DNA of 64,000 nt from Felis catus (lineage: Eukaryota). Within the stretch, counting starts at the first letter, position 1, and each line of letters opens with the position of its first letter. The position numbers and the translations under genes were made by a program. Of the stretch, positions 37,780 through 49,360 are shown in pieces. The notes under the pieces were generated by a model that did not search any database, had not been told where the DNA came from, and was given only the letters and a program-made list of their open reading frames with translations. The DNA lies in assembly GCF_018350175.1 (NCBI RefSeq), contig NC_058368.1:191520001-191584000 (forward strand). Reading direction: 5' to 3'.

Positions 37780-38357
37780 CTCACCTCCCTGCTTCAAGTC
37801 CCCCCTCCCCCGACAACAGCATTGCACTTGGATGGAAATCCACGTTCCTTACATGACCTTTAAGGCCTGACTTTGAAGACTCCCACCTTCCGAGCATCTT
37901 CTGCCACTCTCTCCCTCAACCTCCCTCCTCCCAAGTCCTATTTCAGATCCCAGTACAGCCAAGCACTTTCTTGCTTCAGGAACTTTGAATATACTCCTAC
38001 TTGATATTCCATCTGCCTGGAATGTTCTACTCCCACTCGCGCCATGGCTGGCTGGCTCCTTCCCTCCTGTTCGTGAGGTGGGAAGTAAAGGCGACTTTTT
38101 CCCAATCACACCCTCTCTCCTCCTGCACCCCACCGTCATCACTGTTATTCTCTTTCTCAGCCCCGTGTTCATTCTCTTACCATGGCTTTCCCCAAGTGGT
38201 ACTTGTATCTGCTTGTCTCCTTTGGCTCTGCCCGGGTGTGGGGAGGGGGCAGGGGTGTGGAGGTCTGTTTTATCCACTGCCGTATCTTCAGTCCCCAGCA
38301 AGGTACCAGATACACAGGAGTCACGCCATGAAGATTTACAGAATTAATGAGTGAATG
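37780..38357 (+). mobile_element. L2 fragment
   Basis: CCCTGCTTCAAGTC..TTCCATCTGCCTGGAATGTTCT..GAATTAATGAGTGAATGA. Confidence 0.8.
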
Positions 38358-38399
38358 AAAAAAGAAGATTCACAGAAATACAATAGCTGTAAAATCAGG

Positions 38400-39135
38400 T
38401 AGTATACATTAAGTGTTTACAGGATAGGACAAAAATGAGAAGCAGGTGTTTCAAGCAAAACCACGAAAGAGAAAAGCGCAAGTTTGGTCTTCCGTGAGGC
38501 ATGCGAAACGACATAGTTGGTGAGACTGCATCTTGTACAGTCTTGAGGGCTAAACAAGGGAATCTGTATTTATTCCATGAGCAATGGGGATTTGTTTAAA
38601 GTTTCTGATAAGGAGAGTAAAATCATTACGTCTGTGCTTTAGAAGAATCTGTCTTATCATCGGTACAAATGTATGAAGGATAGAGACCAGAAGAGAGTCA
38701 TACCAATAGGCCAGGCCAGTGTATCACAGAAGAATAAAAGAGTCAGAGCAGGGGTTCCTGGGTGGCTCGGTCAGTTAAGTGGCCGACTTCAGCTCAGGTC
38801 ATGACCTCACTGTTCATGGTTTCAAGCCCCACGTCACGCTTTGTGCTGACACCTCAGAGCCTTGATCCTGCTTTGGATTCTGTGTCTCCCTCTCTCTCTG
38901 CCCCTCCCCTGCTTACACTCTCTCTCTCAAAATTAAACTGTAAAATTTTTTAATTTAAAAAAAAAAGGGTCAAAGGAAAAAGTGAAACTACACAAAAGAA
39001 CCTTTGCAATTGATTAGACAACGGAAAGCAAGAGAAGAAGAAGTAGGTCCTCCCAGGGCTATGCCAAGGTTGAAAGCGGGAAAATCTGGGAAGAGTGAAG
39101 GTTCTGGGTTAGATAAGGGAGATAGTGAGTTCAAC
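38400..39135 (-). mobile_element. L2 fragment (antisense), interrupted by a SINE
   Basis: GGAATCTGTATTTATTCCATGAGCAATGGGG..GTCTGTGCTTTAGAAG. Confidence 0.55.
38751..38966 (+). mobile_element. SINEC_Fc-type Can-SINE
   Basis: Full body. Confidence 0.93.
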
Positions 39136-39341
39136 CCTGGCTACCATTTAAAGCCAAACAGAAGAGCCAGACTCCATGAGTTTGTTACCTGCAGCCATGT
39201 TCTCATTCTGCTATACAACTCTCTCTTCTACGTTGTTCTTTTTTTCTTTCTGTAATTGAATATGCATTTAGTTTTTATAAAATATGTACATTTATAAAAA
39301 TGTATTTATAAAATTTATAAAACCTCCATTCACAGCCCAGA

Positions 39342-39466
39342 ATATATATACCCATCATATATATATGATATATATGTGATATATATATATCATATATATA
39401 TATCATATATATATATATCATATATATATCATATATATATGTATACACATACATATATATACACGT

Positions 39467-39502
<36 letters not shown>
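39342..39502. repeat. Long AT-rich (TA)n/(CATATA)n low-complexity tract within an old L1M fragment
   Basis: Read directly from the sequence. Confidence 0.9.
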
Positions 39503-39506
<4 letters not shown>

Positions 39507-40039
39507 TTGTGTATTGTGAATATATAGAGAGATCCTACTCATCTTTTTAAGGCAGCAATTTGGTCTTTCATTGTGGTATGGCCTTTAATATATTCAGTCA
39601 ATCTCCTACTGGGGGCTCTTTAAGATACTTTCATTTGTTACTATTGTAAGCAATACCTCAAGGAACACCCTTGAATACACATCTTTGTGCAGCTGTTTGG
39701 TTCATTTCTGCAAGCACATAGCAGAAGTAGTGAATGGGTCCACTTTTCTGGAAAGCACTTACAGGAGGGTCAGCAGAATTAAGAAGGGCATCAGGGACAC
39801 AGCCTGGGGCCCAGCAACTCAGGCCTTCCTTTATGAGAGGATAACATGCAAATCAAGAGGAATATCTGGGGTGATTCACTGCAAGGTCAAATAGGTCTTT
39901 CTGTACAAAAGATATAGCATTTGTCACCCCAGCCCTTCAGAAGATGAACAGTTTTCTGTAAAATAAAGCCAGAACTTGAAAGAAAGGCCTCTCACAGTTT
40001 TTTGTTTTTTGTTTGTTTTTTTTTTTGGTTTTCTAATTT

Positions 40040-40325
40040 AGGCCCAACACCATGACTAACACTGTGTGACATTCCCGAACGATCCTAGTTACCTGCTCCT
40101 GGGTGCTCTCGTGGTGTTTGGTTCACACCTCAACTTAGTACTCTTCCCACCAGAGCATGACAATTGATTTATTTACCCACTTCCCAGTCTAGATTCTGAG
40201 CTTCCCAGGAACAGGGACCCTGCCTTACCCATTACTGTATCTCAGTGTCTAATGCAGAGTAAACTCTCAATAAGCATCTACTGTATGAATGAACGCTTGG
40301 ACAAATGTATAAGTGAGTGAATACA
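40040..40325 (+). mobile_element. L2 3' end
   Basis: CTAGATTCTGAGCTTCCCAGGAACAGGGACC..CTCAATAAGCATCTACTGTATGAATGAA. Confidence 0.75.
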
Positions 40326-42384
40326 TGAGAGGCCACAGAGTAAAACTATTTCCAGTATTATTAGAAAGCTTTTAGGGGGAAAGAGAGCTGCTGTTGTTGC
40401 TGCTTTAACGCTCTGCCACTATCAGATTCTCACTCCATCTCATAAAACTCAAGGAACTGGAGATCTATATAAAGAGGTAATTGCTATGCCTTCTAAGGAC
40501 TGCCACATGGAGCGTGTGTGCTTCAGTCACCCTGGTGAAAATCACAGCAAGAGACCCTGTGCAAAGTGCATCCATCAGGCCCTAGCCTACCTCCGTGCAA
40601 CTGCTGTTGGTCAGGAGCTAAAGCATCAGCCAAGTGACACACACGTGATCAAATACAATGTTTAGTATTCCCACATGCAGAGAGGCTACACATGACTCAT
40701 GGGAATAAGGTCATGAGAGTGAGCAGGATGGGTAAAGACTGAAACCATGCCATAAGATGGACCATCACTCAACCTCCCCTTGGCTTCAAAATGCATATCT
40801 GTAAAATGGGCATAATGATAATGGCCTTACAGAGTTCGCAGGAACGAGTTAATATCTATAAAACTCAACACAATACTTCAATCTCTACCTTTCAATAAAC
40901 GTTCATGCAGCTAGTAGCTTGGACAAGATTCAAAAGACGTAATCATAAAAGCAAATCCATTTTGACTGCCACTGTCCCTAAAATCTGCCATGGTTTAGCT
41001 GAAGCCCTATCCTGGATAAAGATGTAAACAGTTCCAGTGATACTTCTCACCACTCTTAGAAAGCTTTGCCGTCACTCTAACTCAGTACCGGTCTTTACTG
41101 AGAAATCGGCAAGTCCAGTCGACCAGGCAAAACACACAACATTCTTCTCTCCAAGGCAGGGCCTCTCTCCCCTCCCCCACAAGCCACAGCCCTTGCCTTT
41201 GACATCTGCCTTTGACAATGGGTTGTGGTTCCCCAAGGCTTCTCTTTCTTGCTTACCTCCTTCCCCTCTAGGTAGCTGCTGTGTGTGACCTGTTTAAAGT
41301 CCATGTGGGAGGGGTTGGAGAGTTAAGAGGGATGAAAACTCTTTCATGGATCCTACTGTCCTTTGATGGTTTCCTGTTGCCTGCACCAGGCAGATTTTTA
41401 AAGCACTCCCTCTCTCTCTCTCTCTCTCATGCGTAAGGTCATGGGTTCTCCCTGCTAGGTGCCTCCACTACGACTTCTCTTGGGTGGCTGAGCTTTTGCC
41501 CCTGGGGAAGCATCCCAGCCTCTTACAGTAGCACAGAGCCCTCACCCTGGCATGGTGCCCTCTTAAACAGGAACCCTTTAAAATGACCCCTGTCAATAAG
41601 CATGCCACAAGTTCTATATATCTCTCCAGGACTTTGCACCCCTTGGACCCCATAAGAGGGGAGGGCAGACACACCCAAGAGCAGCCCCCTTCTCCACAGG
41701 CTGCTTGAGTTTTCTTAGATGTGGGTCTGGCTCCAGACCTCTGCCCAAATTGGTACCACTGATGACCTTCCTGCTGGACTTGAGGTGAGGGGGAGACATT
41801 CTCTATCACTCCCACTTGGTGGTAGGCAGGAGCCGGGAATCTCAGCACAACATTTTCAAAGAAACCCTTACAAAAATATCTTTTTATTGTTTTTTATATT
41901 AACCCCCCTTGTGAGTGGGGGGTGTAATGGCCATCCAACTGATTTTGGGTTATCCACTTTGGAATCCTGCATATGGACCAGCGCCTCCTTTGCCCCTGTT
42001 GCATCTTGGTGCCTCAGAATTGGTGAATTTCGTGTCCTGTTACATTCATGACCACAAAAGTTCTTCTATATAGAAAATTAGATAGCCTATAAGGCTCCAG
42101 ATTCAGCCAGTGTTTCTTAGAGTTTTTTCAACTCAGACCACTCCTTTATGAATGAACATTTATTTGCATTTACTTTTAAGGGAAAGTTTAAAGAAAAAAA
42201 TGGCCTATGATCTGATCAGTCCATTCTAGTTGATGGCTTAGATACTAACTCTATGCACTTATTGTTTTCTCTCCCTGGAATGATCCCTTCACTCTCACTC
42301 CTAGGTCTTAGCATGGTTTTAAGCATGTCTGGGCTCACTGCTGTTCAGTTTCCAGCTCAACTATCAGAGTGGCCTTGACTTATA

Positions 42385-42857
42385 GTGTCAGTTATTTTGT
42401 AGCACATATTCACTTGCATGCACTGTCCCCAGGCATCGAATACAACTCTCCACCCCACTGTTCACTTGGCTTGGCCACAGGACTTGCTTTGGCTGTGGGA
42501 CATGAGCAGACAATGATGCAAACAAAGGCCTTCACCGGGCTTGCACAGTTGGGCTTGGCTCTTTTGCACTCTAGTGATTTATCATGAAAAGAGTCTCCCA
42601 GAAGAGCTGTTGTGCTTTCCACCTGGGACCCAGAATGAACAAATACAGAGCAGACTTGAGTGCAATCTGCAAGCTGCAAACCCAGATGACTGACCCACAA
42701 CTTCCCAGCCATGCCCAGCCTAGATCTGCTGAGTCACAGTTGACTAGCAGAATTGAACAACAGGATAAATGCTTGTGTCAAGGCATCATTTAGGGTGTTT
42801 TGGTTTTGTTTTGTTTAATGTACGGAGCATTTAAGGGGCAAGAGTTGATGGTTATGC
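42385..42857 (+). mobile_element. MaLR solo LTR (MLT1H-like)
   Basis: GGCTTGGCCACAGGACTTGCTTTGGC..CCTGGGACCCAGAATGAA..CCCAGCCTAGATC..ATAAATGCTTG. Confidence 0.75.
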
Positions 42858-43323
42858 TATCTAAAATGGTCCTCTATTAATCTTTAACTTATTTTGTTAT
42901 TTTTTTTTTTTTTTTTAGCTCTTAGAACTCTCTGGTGTTTTCTGTGTTTTCTTATTACTTTGTTTCTTCAGTAGACTTAGCTTTCTGAAAGTTGGGATCT
43001 TGCCATTCTTAAAGGGAGCATTACATTGCCCAGCACAGTAACCTTTCAAAAAATATTTGTGGAATAAATGACTGGATGATTAGTTATGCAACTTTAAAAA
43101 GCAGTAAGTACTAAGTGAAAGTTTAAGTCTCCCTTCCTGTGGTTTCTCTCCCCAAGGTAGCCTTTCTAGAATAATTTTTAGGTATCCTTCCAGGAGAAAA
43201 GGAAAGTCTATGTACATGTATAAGCACAAGGGAGAGGGGGAGGGGGTCATAAATGAGAGAGAGGGATGTTTATTGTTTTTATAAGGTTCGGGGGCTGTTT
43301 CCATACTAACGGGATCACACTAT

Positions 43324-43709
43324 TGTTAAATAACAAATGCAACTGAGTAAATTTTAAAGATCTCATTGGCTTTATTAATCAATTCATGAATTGAACAGCA
43401 AGCCTGTCTAGCAAGGAGAGGGGAGCTCCAAAGGGCTACAGAAAAGGAAAGGGTTTTAAAGTGAAAGAGGGAGTGGAAAAAAGGAAATTATTAACAAAGA
43501 ATCCATTGTTTTAGGCAAGGTCACCCTAAGGGAAACGGAAGGGGTCTGTGAGTAAATTTCCTAGCGCTGACCAGGAAATTCCCAGGTCGACTGGGTAAAG
43601 GTTACATTTCTGGGGGGCTGAAACTGCAGTCAGGTTAGGTATTAATTGGTTTACTAACTTGAGGCCTTAAAGTGACACCATTTGGGGCTTTGTGGTTTTC
43701 TTTTTAACA
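43324..43709 (-). mobile_element. ERV1-class solo LTR (MER4-group-like) inside an old L1M fragment (~43080-43930)
   Basis: TGTTAAA...TTTAACA inverted termini; 4-bp TSD CTAT (43320-43323, 43710-43713); minus-strand AATAAA near 43371. Confidence 0.85.
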
Positions 43710-44575
43710 CTATTCGCTGTGCCCTTCATGTTGTTGTTGTTTTAACTTGAAATATATGTTGGAGATCTTCCAATATCCACACTGCTGTTTGTTCACATCA
43801 ATGGCACAATGATACCCCACTGACTTAATTCAGCCACTCTGCCTTTAATGAGTCTTTTTTTTTTTCCCAGTTCTATTTGGTTCTGTTATTACAAATGATG
43901 CTTCTGAAAACAACCTTGCATATTTCTTCTGAACGGAGATATAGCCCATCACACCAGTGACATTCTGAAACTCTGCCCTGGAGAGAGGAGGAACCCATCT
44001 TGTTGGGAATATCTAACTTTTGTGCCCTACCAGTTGAGAAGATTTTACAAGGCTTAACTCTCTATAGCTTGCTTAACAATATTCATTATTTCTCATTTCT
44101 TAGCTATAATATTATTTTCAGAATATTGCATATGAGTCTTTTCATCCATTGGCAGCCCCTCCTCCCTCTAACCCTCTAAAAAGCCAGCCTCCCTGGTTGA
44201 GAATTGCTACTGGGAAACATCAGGTTCCATTGTAATTCCTTCAGCCTAGAGATTAGAAAATCCTGTACTCCCTCCTCTTCAAAGAGCACCGTGATCAAAA
44301 CACCAGGGCCAGCTACAATGGTTTTAATCCCAATAACAAGAGAGTTTAACTGAAGAATTAAATGACCCCAAACAAAACTGAGGAAAAAGAACAAAGAATC
44401 AATTCTAAGCACACGTGAGGCAGATTTCTGCTCTGGGCATGTTATCTTTTCAACACCAGTGAGCAAGCTCCAGGTGCCAATTCAGCTGCTCTACCGGCAG
44501 TGTCTGCAGGGAGGAGGGGAAAGGAGAAACTGCAAATCAACAGTCTCTTCACCTTTGCTGTGCTCCTGACAACAT

Positions 44576-44694
44576 GAATCTCACTCACCTACCCGGGGTG
44601 CTCCTGACGCCTAAAGAAATGCACATGGCTGCTACCAAGCTGAAAATAGAATGAAGAACTAAGTATTGGGAGAACTTCTGTAATACAATGAACT
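44576..44694 (+). repeat. Local direct duplication, copy A (paralog at 47540-47657)
   Basis: First 45 bp identical between copies; about 7 substitutions and 1 indel over the remaining ~74 bp. Confidence 0.95.
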
Positions 44695-44736
44695 GTAGCA
44701 CAATACACAGGTATGTTTCAAGACTGTGATACAGCT

Positions 44737-44954
44737 GGGGGCGCCTGGGAGGCTCAGTCCATGGTTAAGCGACAGACTTCAGCTCAGGTCATGATCTCAC
44801 AGTTTGTGAGTTCAGGGCCCTTGCACTGGGCTCTGTGCTGACAGCTCAGAGCCTAGAGCCTGCTTCAGATTCTGTGTCTCCCTCTCTCTGTCCCTCCCCC
44901 ACTCACACCTCTCTCTCTCTCTCACTCTGTCAAGAGTAAATAAATGTTAAAAAA

Positions 44955-45001
<47 letters not shown>
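44737..45001 (+). mobile_element. SINEC_Fc-type Can-SINE with (TAAA)n tail
   Basis: TSD GTGATACAGCT. Confidence 0.95.
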
Positions 45002-47219
45002 GTGATACAGCTTAACAAAAACCTTTAGAGCCACCATAAAGATTAAATGAGCCCCCGGCACATGGTAAGTGCTAAATAGCAGATAACTAGTATTATGATT
45101 ACTGCTATTATTATTATTAAAATAAGCAAAGGTACACTGCAAATTGTAAGGTACCATAGATGATAACGTTATTATTAAGAGAGAGCAATTTTGTGAAAAT
45201 CAAAGATGTTAGTGTTTTTTATAGTGGGTTAGCAGACAGGTCAGAAAAATCACCGAAATTTTTATGGGAAGGGACATTAAGCTTCATTTCATTCAAATGT
45301 CTTTTTTTTTTTCTTTTTTTTTCCATCTGGGTAAACCTAAAGTCCAGATGTGACTTGTACCATGCTGGTGTACCATGCCACCAGCTGGTCAGCGCTTCAG
45401 CTAGCTGGTAATCCTTCACAGTGGTCAGGCCCTGGATTTGTTTTGTCCATCCCCAACCAGCCTGGGTGTGCCCAGGAAAGGGAAGGAGCCAGTCAGGAGG
45501 AGTATAGTTGTATAGTGACACCTTGGCACAGGCTTCAGAGCCAAACACAAGAGATGCCCCCACCCCAGCTCGGCCATTTAGTGACTGTTTGGACTTGGAC
45601 TTGGCCAAGTTAATTTCACTTTCCTGAGACTCAGGTGTCTCATGTGTGCTATATAATGAGGGCTCAGCAATTGGCAGGCACGATGACCATTATGATGCCG
45701 GTGGTGATGGCCGTGACAATGGAGAGGATCATAGAGAGGCTAATAGGGAGGAGGCTAAGGAGAACAGTGGAAACTGCTCGTGGGTCAGTTCCCAGAAGTT
45801 GCATTGTCTTAAGGCAGATTAATGAAATTCATGTACACAGACAGGATAGGAGTTACCTCACAAAAAAGTTTCCTGGTCCTGGCAGAAAAGCCGGAAGCTG
45901 TTTGACCCAATGAATTTGATAATAGCTGAGGAGTAATTGATGGCAACTAAGATCTGGAGATCAACAAAGGGCTGGGAGTTGAAACCAAGTGACCTCTCCA
46001 GTGGGTTCAAGAGAAGATAAGAAAGGCAAAAGTGTGTGTTAAAACATAGTACTTCACTAGTTAATAATACATCTGATCATTTACTTCCTGATGGTGAACA
46101 TCTCACCATAATTACTCTTGTCAGTGAAATATGCACACTGCTGACTTATGGATTCAAAGAATAGGACACCCTTGTCCACATGCACTCCTGTACACAGAAA
46201 GTCCTAAGTAATTAATAAAGACAAGCATCATTATTTTGCATCATTATAGCCTGTGAAGAATGTGTTACACTCTGGAAGGAAGAAGAAAAAAGAAAAAGTA
46301 AAACAAATAAGCACTAGAGAGAAAAAGAGGCAGGAGACGGGATAGAGAGAGAGGTGATATGAATCACTTGTAACACAGTAATGTTCTGTATTAGACATAA
46401 ATAAAATATTAATTTCAGCCCCTTGGCTATGATACAAAAAATATTTTCTCTGCCGAGGTTAATGTCTAAATACTACCATGCAAATTCAGTACAAGAAAGT
46501 TTGGGACAAATTGGAGGCTATGTCACATCTTGAAAAGTTTCTCAGCCATAGTTCCATGACCAAATACCACAGTAAATGGACCACCAACTCCCTGAAGACA
46601 ATGAAAGCGTAAAATAGAAGGCTATTAGCCTTTCAGAATGGATCATATTCATAAGGAGAGAGGGGGGAAGAAGTCACAATCACTCCAGACCACATGAAAT
46701 GAGAAACTACACTTGGCAAATTATCTTTCTGCAAATTTTACTCATGTAATGACAAAACTCTCGATGACTTCAATCATCAAGATGTATCAAAGTTGGATAC
46801 AAACACTGCCCTTCCCCTGCCAACAGCGGAGGAAACAGTAAATTTAGGGGTGAGCACACATCTACAGAGGCGATTAGCAATGAGGAAAGTCACTTTGCCA
46901 CCGATGTTCTATCCTGGCCCTACACGTAACTCAGAACCAACCTAAACACGATGGGGAACTTCAATTCAAGGTGTTCGCATAGGAGACTCAACAGCTGAAT
47001 GAGGAGCAGACACACAACACCAGACCAGAGCTGGATGGGCTGTAGAGGTCATACAAATCTACCGGAGAGTTTGAGAACAGAGAAAGAACTCAGATCCTAA
47101 AGAAGATGCACCCAATACCCTGTACAATTTGGGGCAGGTTCCTTACAGCTATTGTTGTCAACCACAGTAAGCAAAGGATGAGACAAGAAACAGCAGTGTT
47201 CACCTTTTGCTCTCAGAGA

Positions 47220-47510
47220 TACTTGATTTCACCACCTGGCTTTGCCATTTAGAAACTGCTTGTGGCTAAATGAGGCATCTGAGATCTCCAAGATCTGAGA
47301 CCTTTCCATTTCCGAATTTACTATCACGAGCCCCATTGACAGTTATCAAGATTAAATGGGGTAATTTATACAAAACCTTCAGCACGGATCTGGCACATAG
47401 GAAGACGGATAAAAGACTGCTTAATTTGTGGGGCTATTGTAAGAATTAAATAAGTTGTAATGCAGTGCCTACCCTATAGTAGATACTCAATAAATACTAG
47501 CTCATTGTTA
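47220..47510 (+). mobile_element. MIR fragments
   Basis: CCTGGCTTTGCCATTTAGAAACTG..AGATTAAATG..GGCACATAGGAAG; GATACTCAATAAATACTAGC. Confidence 0.65.
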
Positions 47511-47539
47511 CTATATAGACATAACAAGCCCTTGACATG

Positions 47540-47657
47540 GAATCTCACTCACCTACCCGGGGTGCTCCTGACGCCTAAAGAAATACACACGGCTGCTACC
47601 AAGTTGAAAATAGAATAAAGAACTAAGTATTAGAGAACTGCTATAATACAATGAACT
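47540..47657 (+). repeat. Local direct duplication, copy B (paralog at 44576-44694)
   Basis: Aligns with copy A as described above. Confidence 0.95.
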
Positions 47658-48568
47658 AACTGTACAAGGCTCTAAGCCTTCCATGATTAGGTAACCTTTG
47701 TTTCTTGTTACTTAAACTTCAACCTGGGTTTCCTGTCTCCCAGCCCAGAATGTTGGCTCCCACCCTGCTTAGAAACTGAGTCAGAACACACAACCCCAAG
47801 TCAGAAGCCCCAGTGAGGCACTGAGGACCAGCTTCCCACCTACCCCTGCACAGGGCCTTCCATCGCAGCCTGCGGCCCACAGCTGACGGACAGCCCTGGT
47901 ATCGGGCACCACTTCCTGTGGAAAAGGATGGACAGACACACACATCCAGTTCTGGCATTTACCCCGGAAACCTGAGATGTAATTGAGGTTTGAGACGCTT
48001 TGAGGAAGGGTCAGGTTGATGCTACACCCGTGCCATCTTTGTGGTTGACATCTCACCACACCAGTGTGTGCAACTCACGCCTATCTCAGGCAAAAGCTTC
48101 AGGGTGAGGTAAATGCCATTTCTTGGACAGCTTCTCCAAGACGTGCTCAATAATAATGAGCTATACTTAAAAAATGCTCAGCGTTTCTCATAAACCGGTA
48201 ATGTTTCTAGACTAATTCTCATCACATACAGCTGCAATAGTAGATGGGCCACAGTGACCAAAACAATAGCTAATCCTTACTGAATGGTTAATTGTGGACC
48301 AGAAACTTTATTTTCAACATAATCACACTCAATCCCTACACCAACTCGAGTGGGCCGGTGCTGAAACTTATCAGGCTTCAAGTGACATTTGCAGGACCTT
48401 TTATTGACCAACATATCAACAATTTTTGTGGGGTGTGGGGTTCTTCCCCCCACCATGGGGGGTTTCCACCCAGGGGGCCATGGGAAGAGGAGAAAAGACC
48501 AACCTGTGCAATAAAAGACTATCACCTAGCAACAAGGCAAGAGCTTTTTATAATAAAAATAAGTTTCA

Positions 48569-48771
48569 GGGCACCTGGGTGGCTCAGTCGGTTAATGGTC
48601 TGACTTTGGCTCAGGTCATGATCTCACCCTTTGTGAATTCGAGCCCCACATCAGGCACTGCACTGACAGCACAGAGCCTGCTTCAGATCCTCTGTCTCCC
48701 ACTCTCTCTGCTCCTCCCCTGCTCATGCGCTCTCTCTCTCTCTCTCTCTCTCTCAAAACTAAATAAACATT
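48569..48771 (+). mobile_element. Can-SINE whose tail was targeted by a younger SINE
   Basis: Full body; tail resumes at 48991. Confidence 0.93.
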
Positions 48772-48778
48772 AAAAAAA

Positions 48779-48990
48779 TTTTTTTTTCAACGTTTATTTA
48801 TTTTTGGGACAGAGAGAGACAAAGCATGAACGGGGGAGGGGCAGAGAGAGAGGGAGACACAGAATCGGAAACAGGCTCCAGGCTCTGAGCCATCAGCCCA
48901 GAGCTCGATGCGGGGCTCAAACTCACGGACCGCGAGATCGTGACCTGGCTGAAGTCGGACGCTCAACCGACTGCGCCACCCAGGCGCCCC
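48779..48990 (-). mobile_element. Young SINEC_Fc inserted tail-to-tail
   Basis: Near-identical to the 32317 copy; TSD AAAACTAAATAAACATT. Confidence 0.96.
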
Positions 48991-49184
48991 AAAACTAAAT
49001 AAACATTAAACAAGCAAACAAAAAAAACAGTAAGTCTCATTCCAAGTACAGCTCAAACTCCCCTCCCCCTTTCCGGACCTCCAGGTGACCTTCACATGTG
49101 TCTCAACGGGTGCACCGCATTTCTCAGGAAAATGCCTCAGTCCACACACGCTTCTGCGTGCAGATCTAAGAATGGCCAGCGTTG

Positions 49185-49360
49185 TTTTATATAAGTGAGA
49201 TCAGCACTCTTTATTATTGCTGCCCCCACTTTATAAATGAAGCACTGAGCCAGGAAGTTCACAAGGCCACACAGCTGGTAAGTGCCAGAAGGAGCACCCG
49301 AACCCCGGGCTGGTTGACTCCAGAGCCCACACTCTTCATCATTAGATACACACTCTGTAA
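49185..49360 (-). mobile_element. MIR SINE
   Basis: CCCCACTTTATAAATGAAGCACTGAG..CAAGGCCACACAGCTGGTAAGTG..GACTCCAGAGCCCAC. Confidence 0.85.

Noticed and set aside
37849..38354. Three overlapping ORFs of 117-150 aa
   Set aside because: They lie within a pyrimidine-rich L2 fragment; the low stop-codon density is compositional.
41340..42110. GC-richer block with 110-126 aa ORFs, possibly an old LTR
   Set aside because: No termini, TSD or recognisable protein; cannot be classified from sequence alone.
47185..47212. Weak similarity to the sequence upstream of duplication copy A (TTCACCTTTGCT)
   Set aside because: Too short to show that the duplication extends further.
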